Of a DNA stretch of 64,000 bases, positions 47,688-56,732 are shown one piece after another. Each line of letters begins with the position of its first letter. The first letter of the stretch is position 1. Location: NCBI GenBank assembly GCA_964424775.1, contig CAYRJZ010000001.1, positions 140,748 to 204,747 on the forward strand, read 5' to 3'. The notes under the pieces were generated by a model. It was not told the DNA's origin. It saw nothing but the letters and a program-made list of their open reading frames with translations, and searched no databases. The position numbers were made by a program, and so were the translations under genes. The stretch is from an uncultured Gammaproteobacteria bacterium. Its GTDB lineage: Bacteria > Patescibacteriota > Microgenomatia > Levybacterales > UBA12049.

Positions 47688-48485
47688 TTATCTTTTCAGA
47701 TCAGGAACATCCTGTATTAATTGATCATACATGGTATCCTTCATCATTTTACTAAATGCTTTGAGAGGTAGTTTCCCATCAGGACTAAGTGATCTATACG
47801 AAAACGGTTCGCTAATTCGCATGACAGGTCTTCTTAAAGGTTCTGCTAAGTGTGCCATTGTAACTATTTGTGTTGGCGTATCTGGGAAATATCGTCTGAG
47901 AATTGCCGCTGCTCCTCCACGGACATTACTTAAGTCATTTTGAGGTGATCTTGTTTCTTGAGCGAACATCCCGACCATTTGTCCATCCTCAAGTGACTCT
48001 CTCACTTCATCAATGAACTCTGCACTTATTTCTCCTCGATGTATAGGAATAGGATTGCCTGCGGATTTGAGAAAGTTCGCACGCGCTTTTTTAAAAAGTG
48101 TAACTTTTGGTTCAGGAAGAGTTATTTCCTCGCCTTCTGCCATTTCTCTTTCAGGTAACTTACCTAATCTTCGAAGGACAGCTTCTGATTCTTGAATTGA
48201 TGGATCAAGAAGCGTATCACGTGCAACAACACGCATACTTCTATTCGCAGTATGTGCTGCAAGCCAAGGGAGAGCAAAGACATCAAGAAAATGAACATGA
48301 TTAGCGAAAACAAGTGCTGGTCCCTCTTCAAGGAGCTGTCCATGTACTTCTGTTCGACGGAGTCGGGCAATTGCTTCAGCGCCGGTGACAAGTGTCTTCC
48401 ATTTGCTGTTTTCTAACGCAGGGTCTTCAATTCGTATACCACGAAATCTTGGCTGATCTTGTGAGGAAGGTAATTCTTTTCCCAT
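47688..48485 (-). CDS. plsC: Lysophospholipid acyltransferase (PlsC/AGPAT family)
   Basis: H-x4-D motif NHVHFLD, and an acyltransferase block II/III spacing consistent with the family. Confidence 0.6.
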   Translation of the reverse strand: MGKELPSSQDQPRFRGIRIEDPALENSKWKTLVTGAEAIARLRRTEVHGQLLEEGPALVFANHVHFLDVFALPWLAAHTANRSMRVVARDTLLDPSIQESEAVLRRLGKLPEREMAEGEEITLPEPKVTLFKKARANFLKSAGNPIPIHRGEISAEFIDEVRESLEDGQMVGMFAQETRSPQNDLSNVRGGAAAILRRYFPDTPTQIVTMAHLAEPLRRPVMRISEPFSYRSLSPDGKLPLKAFSKMMKDTMYDQLIQDVPDLKR

Positions 48486-48541
48486 AAATTAGGACAGTTG
48501 TGGCATTATACTCTGCTTTTTCTCAAATTTAAAGTGTTATG

Positions 48542-48612
48542 TCGGGGATCGGAGAATTGAACTCCGGTCACACGGACCCCATCCGCGCATTCTACCGTTA
48601 AACTAATCCCCG
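48542..48612 (-). tRNA. tRNA-Pro (anticodon GGG), no encoded CCA
   Basis: Minus-strand sequence CGGGGAT-TA-GTTT-AACGGTA-GAAT-G-CGCGG-ATGGGGT-CCGTG-TGAC-CGGAG-TTCAATT-CTCCG-ATCCCCG-A folds as a cloverleaf. Acceptor stem 7/7 WC, anticodon stem 5 bp (4 WC, 1 G-U), T stem 5/5 WC, and a D stem with two G-U pairs. The C1:G72 pair plus A73 is the ProRS identity set. The anticodon loop AUGGGGU has U33 and G37. Confidence 0.8.
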
Positions 48613-48806
48613 CAATTTGGACAAACCTCGCAGTTTTTCCAAACGATTTCCCTTGAAAGAGCTTATGATATGTGATTTTAGCAGAGAAAAAATGATCTTT
48701 CCATTGATATAGAATGAGTGAGAAAGTCTCATTGTATTTTACCCGAAAGTTATTTATAGTAAGTTCATTCTTTATGGCAAGATCTTCAGGTAACTCCCAA
48801 AAAACA

Positions 48807-49877
48807 ATGCAGGCCCCATCCGATTCTGCACAAAAACTTGAGTCTATACGCATGGCGATGGAGCAGATCGAAAAACAGTATGGTCGTGGTTCTATTATGC
48901 GTTTTGGAGAAGCAGCTGGAAAGCTGGATATCTCCGTTGTTTCTACTGGTTGTCTTCCGCTTGACCTGGCACTTGGTGTCGGCGGCCTGCCCCGCGGAAG
49001 AATTATAGAAGTGTATGGACCGGAAGCTTCAGGTAAGACAACTATTTGTCTTTCAACAATTGCTCAAGCACAAAAGCACGGAGGAATTGCTGCGTTTATT
49101 GATGCAGAACATGCCCTTGATCCATTGTGGGCTGAGCGAATCGGGGTAAAACTCGATGAGCTGCTTATTTCCCAGCCCGACACTGGAGAACAAGGTCTTG
49201 AGATCGCAGAAAGCCTTGTCAGAAGTGGAGGAGTCGATGTCCTCGTTATTGACTCAGTTGCAGCTCTTGTCCCACGAGCGGAAATTGAAGGAGATATGGG
49301 AGATGCTGTTGTTGGACTTCAGGCCCGTCTTATGTCTCAAGTACTTCGAAAATTAACAGCAGTTATCTCAAAATCAAAGACAGTTGTTATCTTTACCAAT
49401 CAATTGCGCCAGAAAATTGGCGTCATGTTTGGTAATCCTGAAACAACAACTGGAGGACTTGCGCTTAAATTCTATGCATCAGTTCGTATGGATATTCGAA
49501 AAATAGAGACCCTTAAAGAAGGAGATAAGGTAATTGGATCCAGACACCGAGCTAAAATAGTTAAAAATAAAGTTTCGACTCCATTTAGAATTGCTGAATT
49601 TGATGTTTTTGAGCAGGGTATCTCACGAGAGGGTGGCATTTTGGACGTTGGAGTTGAGATGGGACTTATCACTAAGTCAGGAGCATTTTATCGATATAAA
49701 GAACAGCTTATTGGTCAGGGTAAAGCAGCATCACTTGATTGGTTGAAAGAAAATCCTGATGAGACCAAGAAAATTGTCCAGGCAATTATGACGAAGAGTA
49801 AAGATGGAGAGATGCCGGTTGAAGTCGGCGTTGAAGAGGAAGAATCAGAAGATACAACAGTTGAAAATCCTCAGTAA
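48807..49877 (+). CDS. recA: Recombinase RecA
   Basis: [12 protein letters not shown], Walker [10 protein letters not shown] and L1/L2 loops. The start is taken as the ATG at 48807 ([23 protein letters not shown]) by alignment to the E. coli RecA N-terminus. 48852 is an alternative. The track start at 48714 runs into the tRNA. Confidence 0.9.
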   Translation: MQAPSDSAQKLESIRMAMEQIEKQYGRGSIMRFGEAAGKLDISVVSTGCLPLDLALGVGGLPRGRIIEVYGPEASGKTTICLSTIAQAQKHGGIAAFIDAEHALDPLWAERIGVKLDELLISQPDTGEQGLEIAESLVRSGGVDVLVIDSVAALVPRAEIEGDMGDAVVGLQARLMSQVLRKLTAVISKSKTVVIFTNQLRQKIGVMFGNPETTTGGLALKFYASVRMDIRKIETLKEGDKVIGSRHRAKIVKNKVSTPFRIAEFDVFEQGISREGGILDVGVEMGLITKSGAFYRYKEQLIGQGKAASLDWLKENPDETKKIVQAIMTKSKDGEMPVEVGVEEEESEDTTVENPQ

Positions 49878-49891
49878 AAATTTCCTCATAC

Positions 49892-50386
49892 ATGGAAAAT
49901 TTTGAGAAGTACTATACCTCAGCAGTCCATTTCTTAACATCTCGTCCGCGTTCTGTGAAAGAAGTTCGAGACAATCTTTTTAAAAAATATAAAAAGTGGA
50001 ACAATCCTGAAGACTGCGAAGAAGTAATTGACGAAGTTATTAATAAACTTCTTCAACAAAAATTTTTAGATGATGTTGTCTTTGCTCTCTGGTGGAGGGA
50101 ACAAAGAACGCGGTTCAGAGCTAAGAGTGATCGTCTGATCAAAATAGAGTTAATACAAAAAGGAGTTGCTCGGGATATTATTGAAAAAGCTTTTTCAGAA
50201 GAATCAGAAGACATAGGATCTGATTATGAAAAAGCAAAGAGATTAATTGAGAAAAGACTTCCTAAACTTACTTTACTTACTCCTCAAGAAAGATTTCAGA
50301 AACTTGCAGGATTTTTAGGAAGACGGGGTTTTGACTATGAGACAATTAAGCGTGCAATTGACGATTCTTTAAGAAATGGGGTATAA
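49892..50386 (+). CDS. recX: Regulatory protein RecX
   Basis: 164-aa all-helical protein immediately downstream of recA. The RecX three-repeat pattern (W...R at repeat starts) is weakly visible. Confidence 0.65.
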   Translation: MENFEKYYTSAVHFLTSRPRSVKEVRDNLFKKYKKWNNPEDCEEVIDEVINKLLQQKFLDDVVFALWWREQRTRFRAKSDRLIKIELIQKGVARDIIEKAFSEESEDIGSDYEKAKRLIEKRLPKLTLLTPQERFQKLAGFLGRRGFDYETIKRAIDDSLRNGV

Positions 50387-50483
50387 TTGAGTTCAAGTGG
50401 AAAAAGTACCTATGCAGAAACGGACGGAATTTCATTTCTCCCTCGTTGAAGCTTAATATTTTAGGCTTTTCCTTCATTTATTT

Positions 50484-51755
50484 ATGGCTGACGTAACACA
50501 ACAAGATCTCTTGGCACTTGAGAAAAAACTCCTTGAACGCCAGGAAAAAATTGAACAAAAACAAGAACAAGTAGAAAAAGATAAAGAGTATTTTGAAGAA
50601 AAGCGTTCAGAATATATCAATAAGCTCGAAAAAGCTTCTGGATTGACTCGCGAAGAAGCGAGACAGGCTCTTCTTGAAGAAATAGAAAAAGATTCTGCTG
50701 CCATGATGGCACGAATTATTAAAGAGAAAGAAGAAGAAGCAAAAACGACAGCAGATTTTAAAGCACGCGAAATCCTCGTTGACGCAATGAGACATGGTGC
50801 TCTTGACTATATTGCTGAATACACAGTAACTGTTGTCAAAGTAGAAGACGAGGAAATGAAGGGTAGAATTATTGGAAAAGAAGGGAGAAATATTCGCGCC
50901 TTTGAACAAACAACAGGAGTTGACGTTGATCTCGATGAAGAAGGTGTCATAAGACTCTCTTCATTTGACTCAGTTAGACGAGAAATTGCTAGGCGATCCC
51001 TTGAAAAACTCTTAAAAGATACTCGAATTCAACCATTCAGAATTGAAGAAATAGTTGAGCAAACTCGAAAAGAAGTCGAGAAGATCATGTTTGATGAAGG
51101 ACAAAAATTAGCGGTTGAAGTCGGTGTTTATAATATTCCAGCAGAACTCTATACCACACTTGGTCGATTTAAATTTAGAACATCGTTTGGTCAGAATTTA
51201 GTTGTCCATACACTTGAAGAGACAAAGATTGGAATTCAGATTGCTCATGAGACCGGAGCAGATGTGAATGTCGTTCGACTTGGTTGTCTCTTCCATGATA
51301 TTGGAAAAGTTATTGACGGGGAAGGGAGTCATGTTAAAAAAGGTGTAGAGTACCTCAATCGCTTTAATCTCCCTGAAGCTGTCGTCAACTGTGTTGCTGA
51401 GCATCATGAAGATAAGCCGTTCTCTTCACTTGAGTCAGTCATAGTCCATATTGCTGATTCAATTTCTGGAGCTCGACCAGGAGCTCGCTATGAGGATATT
51501 GAGAATTATGGAAAGAGACTCAAAGAAATGGAAGAGATTGCGAAAAAATACGAAGGTGTTGAAGACGCGTATGCATTTGAAGCAGGGCGAGAACTCCGAG
51601 TTATTATCAATCCAGGAAGACTTGATGACAACCAAACAATTCTTCTTTCTAAAAAGATTCAGGAAGAAGTCGCCTCACGCCTTGCTATCCCAGGCGAGGT
51701 AAAAGTAACTGCCATTCGTGAATTCAGATCTGTTTACCCATCACACACCCTCTAG
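50484..51755 (+). CDS. rny: Ribonuclease Y (KH plus HD domains), lacking an evident N-terminal TM helix
   Basis: Coiled-coil N-terminus, KH motif GKEGRNIRAFEQTTGVDV, and HD domain LFHDIGKV...HH. Confidence 0.8.
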   Translation: MADVTQQDLLALEKKLLERQEKIEQKQEQVEKDKEYFEEKRSEYINKLEKASGLTREEARQALLEEIEKDSAAMMARIIKEKEEEAKTTADFKAREILVDAMRHGALDYIAEYTVTVVKVEDEEMKGRIIGKEGRNIRAFEQTTGVDVDLDEEGVIRLSSFDSVRREIARRSLEKLLKDTRIQPFRIEEIVEQTRKEVEKIMFDEGQKLAVEVGVYNIPAELYTTLGRFKFRTSFGQNLVVHTLEETKIGIQIAHETGADVNVVRLGCLFHDIGKVIDGEGSHVKKGVEYLNRFNLPEAVVNCVAEHHEDKPFSSLESVIVHIADSISGARPGARYEDIENYGKRLKEMEEIAKKYEGVEDAYAFEAGRELRVIINPGRLDDNQTILLSKKIQEEVASRLAIPGEVKVTAIREFRSVYPSHTL

Positions 51756-51854
51756 TCACGTATTAGCTTGATTTGTCAAAGTAATCCCTTGACAACCCTT
51801 TGTTTTCATTATACTGTTAATCTAATCCTAGAATTTATGAGAGGGGGTGATTGT

Positions 51855-52127
51855 ATGACGAAGAAAGATTTAATAGAAATAGTCGCTAAAAAGGCCAACC
51901 TAACGAATAAAGCTTCACGGGATGCTGTCCAGACAACGCTAAATACTATCCGTGATTCGCTCAAGAGAGGAGAGAAAGTTGTTTTGACTGGATTTGGAAC
52001 TTTTAGTGTGAGAAGTCGTCAACAACGCATTGGACGAAATCCAAAAACTGGTGAACGAATTACTCTTGCTGCTCGCAAAGCTCCTGGATTTACCCCAGGA
52101 AAGACATTTAAGAAAGCAATCAGGTAA
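51855..52127 (+). CDS. hup: DNA-binding protein HU
   Basis: MTKKDLIEIVA...GFGTFSVRSRQQRIGRNPKTGERITLAARKAPGFTPGK. SD gagggggtga upstream of the ATG at 51855. Confidence 0.85.
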   Translation: MTKKDLIEIVAKKANLTNKASRDAVQTTLNTIRDSLKRGEKVVLTGFGTFSVRSRQQRIGRNPKTGERITLAARKAPGFTPGKTFKKAIR

Positions 52128-52194
52128 ATTTTTCCTGCCCTACATGAAGAGGTTTCTCAATATGAGAGACCTCTTCTGTTACAATGGAGTTACT

Positions 52195-53175
52195 ATGACT
52201 ATTAATATTCATAATTTATCCAAATACTACTCTGTTCATAAAAAAGAGCCAGGATTTATGGGATCTCTCAAATCTCTTTTTTCCAGAAAATATGAAACAG
52301 TAAAAGCAGTTGACTCAATTTCATTTTCTATTGATGAGGGAGAGGTCGTCGGCTTTATTGGACCAAATGGAGCTGGAAAGACGACAACACTTAAATGTCT
52401 CTCAGGCCTTCTCTATCCGACAAAAGGAAAAATCGAAGTATTAGGATTCACGCCCTTTGATCGAAAGCATGAATACTTAAGACAGATATCACTCGTCATG
52501 GGTCAAAAAAATCAATTATGGTGGGATCTTCCTGCAATGGATACATTTTTATTAAATAAAGAGATATATCAAATACCTGATGCTTCATTTAAAGAGGTTA
52601 TTGATGATCTGTCAGCAAGACTTGAGGTAACAGACTTGCTCCATGTGCCTGTCAGAAAATTATCTCTTGGGCAGAGAATGAAAATGGAGCTTATTGCAGC
52701 ACTCATTCATTCACCAAAAGTTCTTTTTCTAGATGAGCCGACAATAGGTCTTGATGTCGTTATGCAAAAAACAATTCGAGAGTTCTTAAAAGATTACAAC
52801 ACTAAATACAAGGCAACAATTATTTTAACGTCACATTATATGGGTGATGTTGAGGCACTTTGTAAAAGAGTAATTGTTATCAATCATGGAAAAATTCTTT
52901 ATGATGGATTACTCTCTGACTTAACAAAAAAGCAGGCTCCATATAAAACGATAAAAGTAATTTTTTCTGAGTTTGTTGACCCTAAAAAGTTAGAAAGTAT
53001 TGGAAATACAAAGTCTTTTCATTATCCAGAATGGGAAGTAAAAGTAAAACAAAATCAGGCAAATGATGTTGCTGCGGAAATTCTTAAGTCACTTCCTGTT
53101 GAGGATATTACAATTGAGGATCCTGAGATGGAAGATGTTATTGCAGGTTTTTTTGAAACAAGTAAAAAAGAATAA
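52195..53175 (+). CDS. ABC transporter ATP-binding protein (ABC-2 system ATPase)
   Basis: Walker A GPNGAGKTT, signature LSLGQRMK, Walker B VLFLDEPT. About 100 aa of C-terminal accessory domain. The start is the ATG at 52195. Confidence 0.85.
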   Translation: MTINIHNLSKYYSVHKKEPGFMGSLKSLFSRKYETVKAVDSISFSIDEGEVVGFIGPNGAGKTTTLKCLSGLLYPTKGKIEVLGFTPFDRKHEYLRQISLVMGQKNQLWWDLPAMDTFLLNKEIYQIPDASFKEVIDDLSARLEVTDLLHVPVRKLSLGQRMKMELIAALIHSPKVLFLDEPTIGLDVVMQKTIREFLKDYNTKYKATIILTSHYMGDVEALCKRVIVINHGKILYDGLLSDLTKKQAPYKTIKVIFSEFVDPKKLESIGNTKSFHYPEWEVKVKQNQANDVAAEILKSLPVEDITIEDPEMEDVIAGFFETSKKE

Positions 53176-53183
53176 TACTATGT

Positions 53184-53981
53184 ATGCGTTATTTTCATAT
53201 CTTTCTTATCCACTTTCATCGAGTAATAGAGAATAGGAGTAGATCATTTGTTTGGACTCTGTTAGCTCTCTTTAATCCACTTATTTATTTGTGTTTTTGG
53301 CTTGCAGTTTATAAAAGTAGCGGGAACTTAGTTGCTGATTGGTCACTTCCTGAATTGACCTCGTATTATCTTCTCTTAACTTTTGCAGGATCTTTTCTTA
53401 TTGCTCACATTGAAGAATCAGTTGCGCTTGAGGACATATATGAAGGTGGTTTAGTCCGGTTTATTTTAAGACCTTTCTCTTATTTTTGGGATCTTTATTT
53501 TGGTGAACTGGGATGGAGAATTTTTCAGGGAAGTATCGGACTATTCATTTTTTTCATTTTCACTCTTTTCTTTGGTCAACTTACGACTGTAGTCACATCA
53601 CCTCTCTTAATTCTTCTCACAATTCTTTCAGTGATTTTGGCATTTACATTGTCTTTTATTTTTAAAATGATTTTAGGTTTTAGTGCATTTTGGTTAACTG
53701 AATTTAGAGGGCTTCAAAGCACTGTTGAGATATTTATTTTAATTTTCGGAGGATTTATTGTCCCACTACATTTCCTTCCTTCTTTCATTGAGGGTATTGC
53801 GATGAAATTGCCTTTTGCCTACATGGTGTACTATCCCATTCTGGCAATTCAAGGAAGGCTAGATCTACTAACAATAATAAAAGTATTATTTCTTCAACTG
53901 GTATGGATTGGAGTATTTGCAATTTCTTATAAAATTATTTGGAACGCAGGTCTGAAAAGATTTACTGGAGTAGGGAATTAG
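53184..53981 (+). CDS. ABC-2 family permease, type A (copy 1)
   Basis: Six TM helices. The block IYEGGLVRFILRPFSYFWDLYFGELG is paralogous to copy 3. Confidence 0.65.
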   Translation: MRYFHIFLIHFHRVIENRSRSFVWTLLALFNPLIYLCFWLAVYKSSGNLVADWSLPELTSYYLLLTFAGSFLIAHIEESVALEDIYEGGLVRFILRPFSYFWDLYFGELGWRIFQGSIGLFIFFIFTLFFGQLTTVVTSPLLILLTILSVILAFTLSFIFKMILGFSAFWLTEFRGLQSTVEIFILIFGGFIVPLHFLPSFIEGIAMKLPFAYMVYYPILAIQGRLDLLTIIKVLFLQLVWIGVFAISYKIIWNAGLKRFTGVGN

Positions 53982-53982
53982 A

Positions 53983-54771
53983 ATGAAACATGCATTCAGA
54001 ATTTATAAGAGACTTTTCATAATGAATTTTTCTGTTCTCACAGCCCATCGTGCTGCTTTTGTAAATCATCTCGTTGGAGGTACTGTATGGGGGATTTTTT
54101 CATTTGTCGTACTCCTCCTGCTGACACATAATATCAAAGGATTATTTACATGGAGTAGGGAAGAAATGCTTTTATTAGGAAGCATACTAGCTATAATACT
54201 TGGAATTTTTAATATGTTCTTTCAGGGAAATTTTGATGCATTTCCTCTATTAGTCAATAAAGGCAAACTTGATCAATATTTACTCAAGCCAGTCGATTCA
54301 CAATTTTTTCTCTCAGTTTGGCACATAAAGATGATGAGTATAACTCGTGCTCTTATTGGGATTATATTTCTCGTGTATGTAACAATTCAATATGATATGA
54401 CACTTTCTTTAGTTGGAGTACTTGGTGTTATTCCACTGATGATAGTATCAATGGGAATTTACTATGCCATCTGGTCTGTTGTTACGACTCTGACTATTTG
54501 GTTTGATAGAGCGACTAATATTGTAGAACTGTTGCATTCACTTCAGGGGATGATGCGAATCCCTCCAGTTGCTTTTCAAGAATTAAATACTATTCTTTTT
54601 TTATTAGTATTTCCACTTACAATTGTTGCTGCAACACCCGTGGGAGTGATTCTTGGGAAATCTGACTTTATAAGCATACTAGTTCTTTTCATTACATCAG
54701 TCACATTTCTTTTTATTGCTCGAAAGTTTTGGTTTTATGCACTAAGATTTTATACCAGTGCAAGTAGTTAA
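53983..54771 (+). CDS. ABC-2 family permease, type B (copy 1)
   Basis: Six TM helices. The block GKLDQYLLKPVDSQF and the C-terminal RFYTSASS are paralogous to copy 4. Confidence 0.65.
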   Translation: MKHAFRIYKRLFIMNFSVLTAHRAAFVNHLVGGTVWGIFSFVVLLLLTHNIKGLFTWSREEMLLLGSILAIILGIFNMFFQGNFDAFPLLVNKGKLDQYLLKPVDSQFFLSVWHIKMMSITRALIGIIFLVYVTIQYDMTLSLVGVLGVIPLMIVSMGIYYAIWSVVTTLTIWFDRATNIVELLHSLQGMMRIPPVAFQELNTILFLLVFPLTIVAATPVGVILGKSDFISILVLFITSVTFLFIARKFWFYALRFYTSASS

Positions 54772-54773
54772 GT

Positions 54774-55565
54774 ATGAAAAAATATTTTCGTGTGGCTCGA
54801 AATACATGGGATGAATCTCTCGCTTATAGAACTAGTTTTGTGCTTTTTCGACTCAGAGAATTTCTGCAAATAATTTCTTTATATTTTGTCTGGTTTTTTG
54901 TGACATCTCAAGGAGATTTTTTTAACTACAACCAGAAAACATTGCTTACTTATATACTCGTTAGTGCATTTGTCAATGATGTTATTTTTTCAACGAGAAC
55001 TACTCGAATTGCCTCAGAAATCAATGAGGGTGTGTTAACAAATTTCTTAATTCGACCCATGTCATATCTAAAATATTATTTCGCTCGTGATTTTGGTGAC
55101 AAAGCAATGAATATCCTATTTTCACTTGGAGAACTCACACTTCTCTTCTTATTACTTCAACCACCTTTCATTTTTCAGACAAATATAATAGCTCTTCTAT
55201 TATTTTTATTCAGTATGTTTTTAGGAGTTATTCTTCATTTTTTAATTAGCGTATTGATTGGATTTATTGGATTTTGGAGTAATGAGGGGTGGGGACCACG
55301 GTTTATCTTCTATCAGTCAGTTGGTTTTTTCTCGGGATCACTTTTTCCATTAGATTTACTACCAAAATCTATTGCAACAATCTTTCAGTTCCTGCCCTTT
55401 TCATATCTTACTTATTTTCCAACTAAGTTATATCTTGGACAATTATCAATACAGGAAGTTATTCTTGGATTTATTGGCGTGAGTGTGTGGATATTTATCA
55501 TGAGTAGGGTGACACTATATGTTTGGAGGAGGGGCCTTCACGTATATACTGCTCAAGGAATGTGA
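54774..55565 (+). CDS. ABC-2 family permease, type A (copy 2)
   Basis: INEGVLTNFLIRPMSYLKYYFARDFG matches the block in the 53184 gene. Confidence 0.65.
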   Translation: MKKYFRVARNTWDESLAYRTSFVLFRLREFLQIISLYFVWFFVTSQGDFFNYNQKTLLTYILVSAFVNDVIFSTRTTRIASEINEGVLTNFLIRPMSYLKYYFARDFGDKAMNILFSLGELTLLFLLLQPPFIFQTNIIALLLFLFSMFLGVILHFLISVLIGFIGFWSNEGWGPRFIFYQSVGFFSGSLFPLDLLPKSIATIFQFLPFSYLTYFPTKLYLGQLSIQEVILGFIGVSVWIFIMSRVTLYVWRRGLHVYTAQGM

Positions 55566-55566
55566 T

Positions 55567-56349
55567 ATGAAAAAATATATTTTTCTCTGGATAAAGGTAA
55601 CGAGCCAAATAACTCAAGTTGCTTTTGCATCTCGACTTGGAGTTGTCCTTTTTACTATCGGCAAAATAATTCGATTTGTTTTCTTTCTTGTTTTCTTATT
55701 TCTCATTACATCACGTACCAATAGCCTTGCTGGATATTCGATTTGGCAAGTCATACTTTTCTTTTTGACTTTCAATATTATTGATATTATTGCTCAATTC
55801 TTATGGCGCGATGTATATAGATTTCGAAGTTATATCATATCAGGTAATTTTGACATGATACTTACCAAGCCAATATCTCCACTTTTTCGTTCACTTTTCG
55901 GCGGAAGTGATGTGCTGGATCTGATTACCCTTGTTCCTTTAGGAGTATTCTTTTTTTATGTCGTAAATCAATTGGACGGAATAACAATAGTAAGCGGATT
56001 ACTTTATATTTTATTAGTTATAAACGGACTTATTATTTCGCTTGCACTTCATATTTTTGTTCTTGCACTTGGAATTGTGACAACTGAAGTAGATAATGCA
56101 ATTTGGATGGTGAGAGAGATCACACAACTGGGAAGATTTCCTATTAAAGTCTATCCTAAGCCAATAAGTTTTGTCTTTACTTATTTTCTTCCTGTTGCCG
56201 CACTTATTGTTATTCCAACTGAAGCACTTTTAGGTTTAGTTACTGTGCAGGGTATACTTTTAGCAGTCATATTTAGTAGTCTATTGTTATCGATCAGTCT
56301 TTGTTGCTGGAGAGGTGCGCTGCAAAAATACTCTAGTGCAAGTAGTTAA
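55567..56349 (+). CDS. ABC-2 family permease, type B (copy 2)
   Basis: GNFDMILTKPISPLF and the C-terminal LQKYSSASS match the 53983 gene. The start is the ATG at 55567. Confidence 0.65.
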   Translation: MKKYIFLWIKVTSQITQVAFASRLGVVLFTIGKIIRFVFFLVFLFLITSRTNSLAGYSIWQVILFFLTFNIIDIIAQFLWRDVYRFRSYIISGNFDMILTKPISPLFRSLFGGSDVLDLITLVPLGVFFFYVVNQLDGITIVSGLLYILLVINGLIISLALHIFVLALGIVTTEVDNAIWMVREITQLGRFPIKVYPKPISFVFTYFLPVAALIVIPTEALLGLVTVQGILLAVIFSSLLLSISLCCWRGALQKYSSASS

Positions 56350-56352
56350 GGG

Positions 56353-56700
56353 CATTCTGGGAAGAGAGTAAGCCAGATTCTGTTCATACCACAATCTCTC
56401 TCAAAGTGATGAATATCAATCTGTCAGCTTTTAAGGCTGATGCCTTCTAACTTTGCTGCTCGTGTATAGGCTCATTGCAGCGTTCGGAAGTTGCAGCAGG
56501 GAGGATTGCCCGTTTCACACCCACTCGTCTCTGTTGCTCTCAAGTCTTGTTAATTCAAGACCCGTTCTTTACCCCATGTGTGGGAAAAGGATAAAGAAAC
56601 TAGATGTTACCATTCGGAGCTTACACTCCATCCCATCTATACATGCTGTCTGGACTTTCCTGTCCGTCAGATGACGGACTAGTGGTCCTTCTTCCCAGAA
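56353..56700 (-). ncRNA. rnpB: RNase P RNA (bacterial type), about 350 nt
   Basis: The minus strand carries ACAGGAAAGUCCAGAC (P4 5' strand, compare GGAAAGUCCGGGC) and AACAGAAUCUGGCUUA (P4 3' strand, compare ACAGAACCCGGCUUA). The change CCGGG to CCAGA is matched by CCCGG to UCUGG, a compensatory change. Also present: AUAGAUGGGAUGGAGUG / GGUAACAUC (compare AUAGGGCAGG...GGUAACGCC), a P1 pairing UUCUGGGAAGA / UCUUCCCAGAA at the two ends, a P3 hairpin GUCCGUCA-ucug-UGACGGAC, and a P2 pairing ACCAC / GUGGU. The region is GC-enriched relative to its flanks. Confidence 0.75.
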
Positions 56701-56732
56701 TAGAATAAGTATACCAGATAAATACTATAAGA

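Noticed and set aside
48506-48853. 115-aa minus-strand ORF
   Set aside because: It overlaps the tRNA-Pro gene and the recA 5' region, so it is not a plausible gene.
56453-56674. 73-aa plus-strand ORF
   Set aside because: It lies inside the region that folds as RNase P RNA on the opposite strand. The GC-rich structured RNA explains the open frame.
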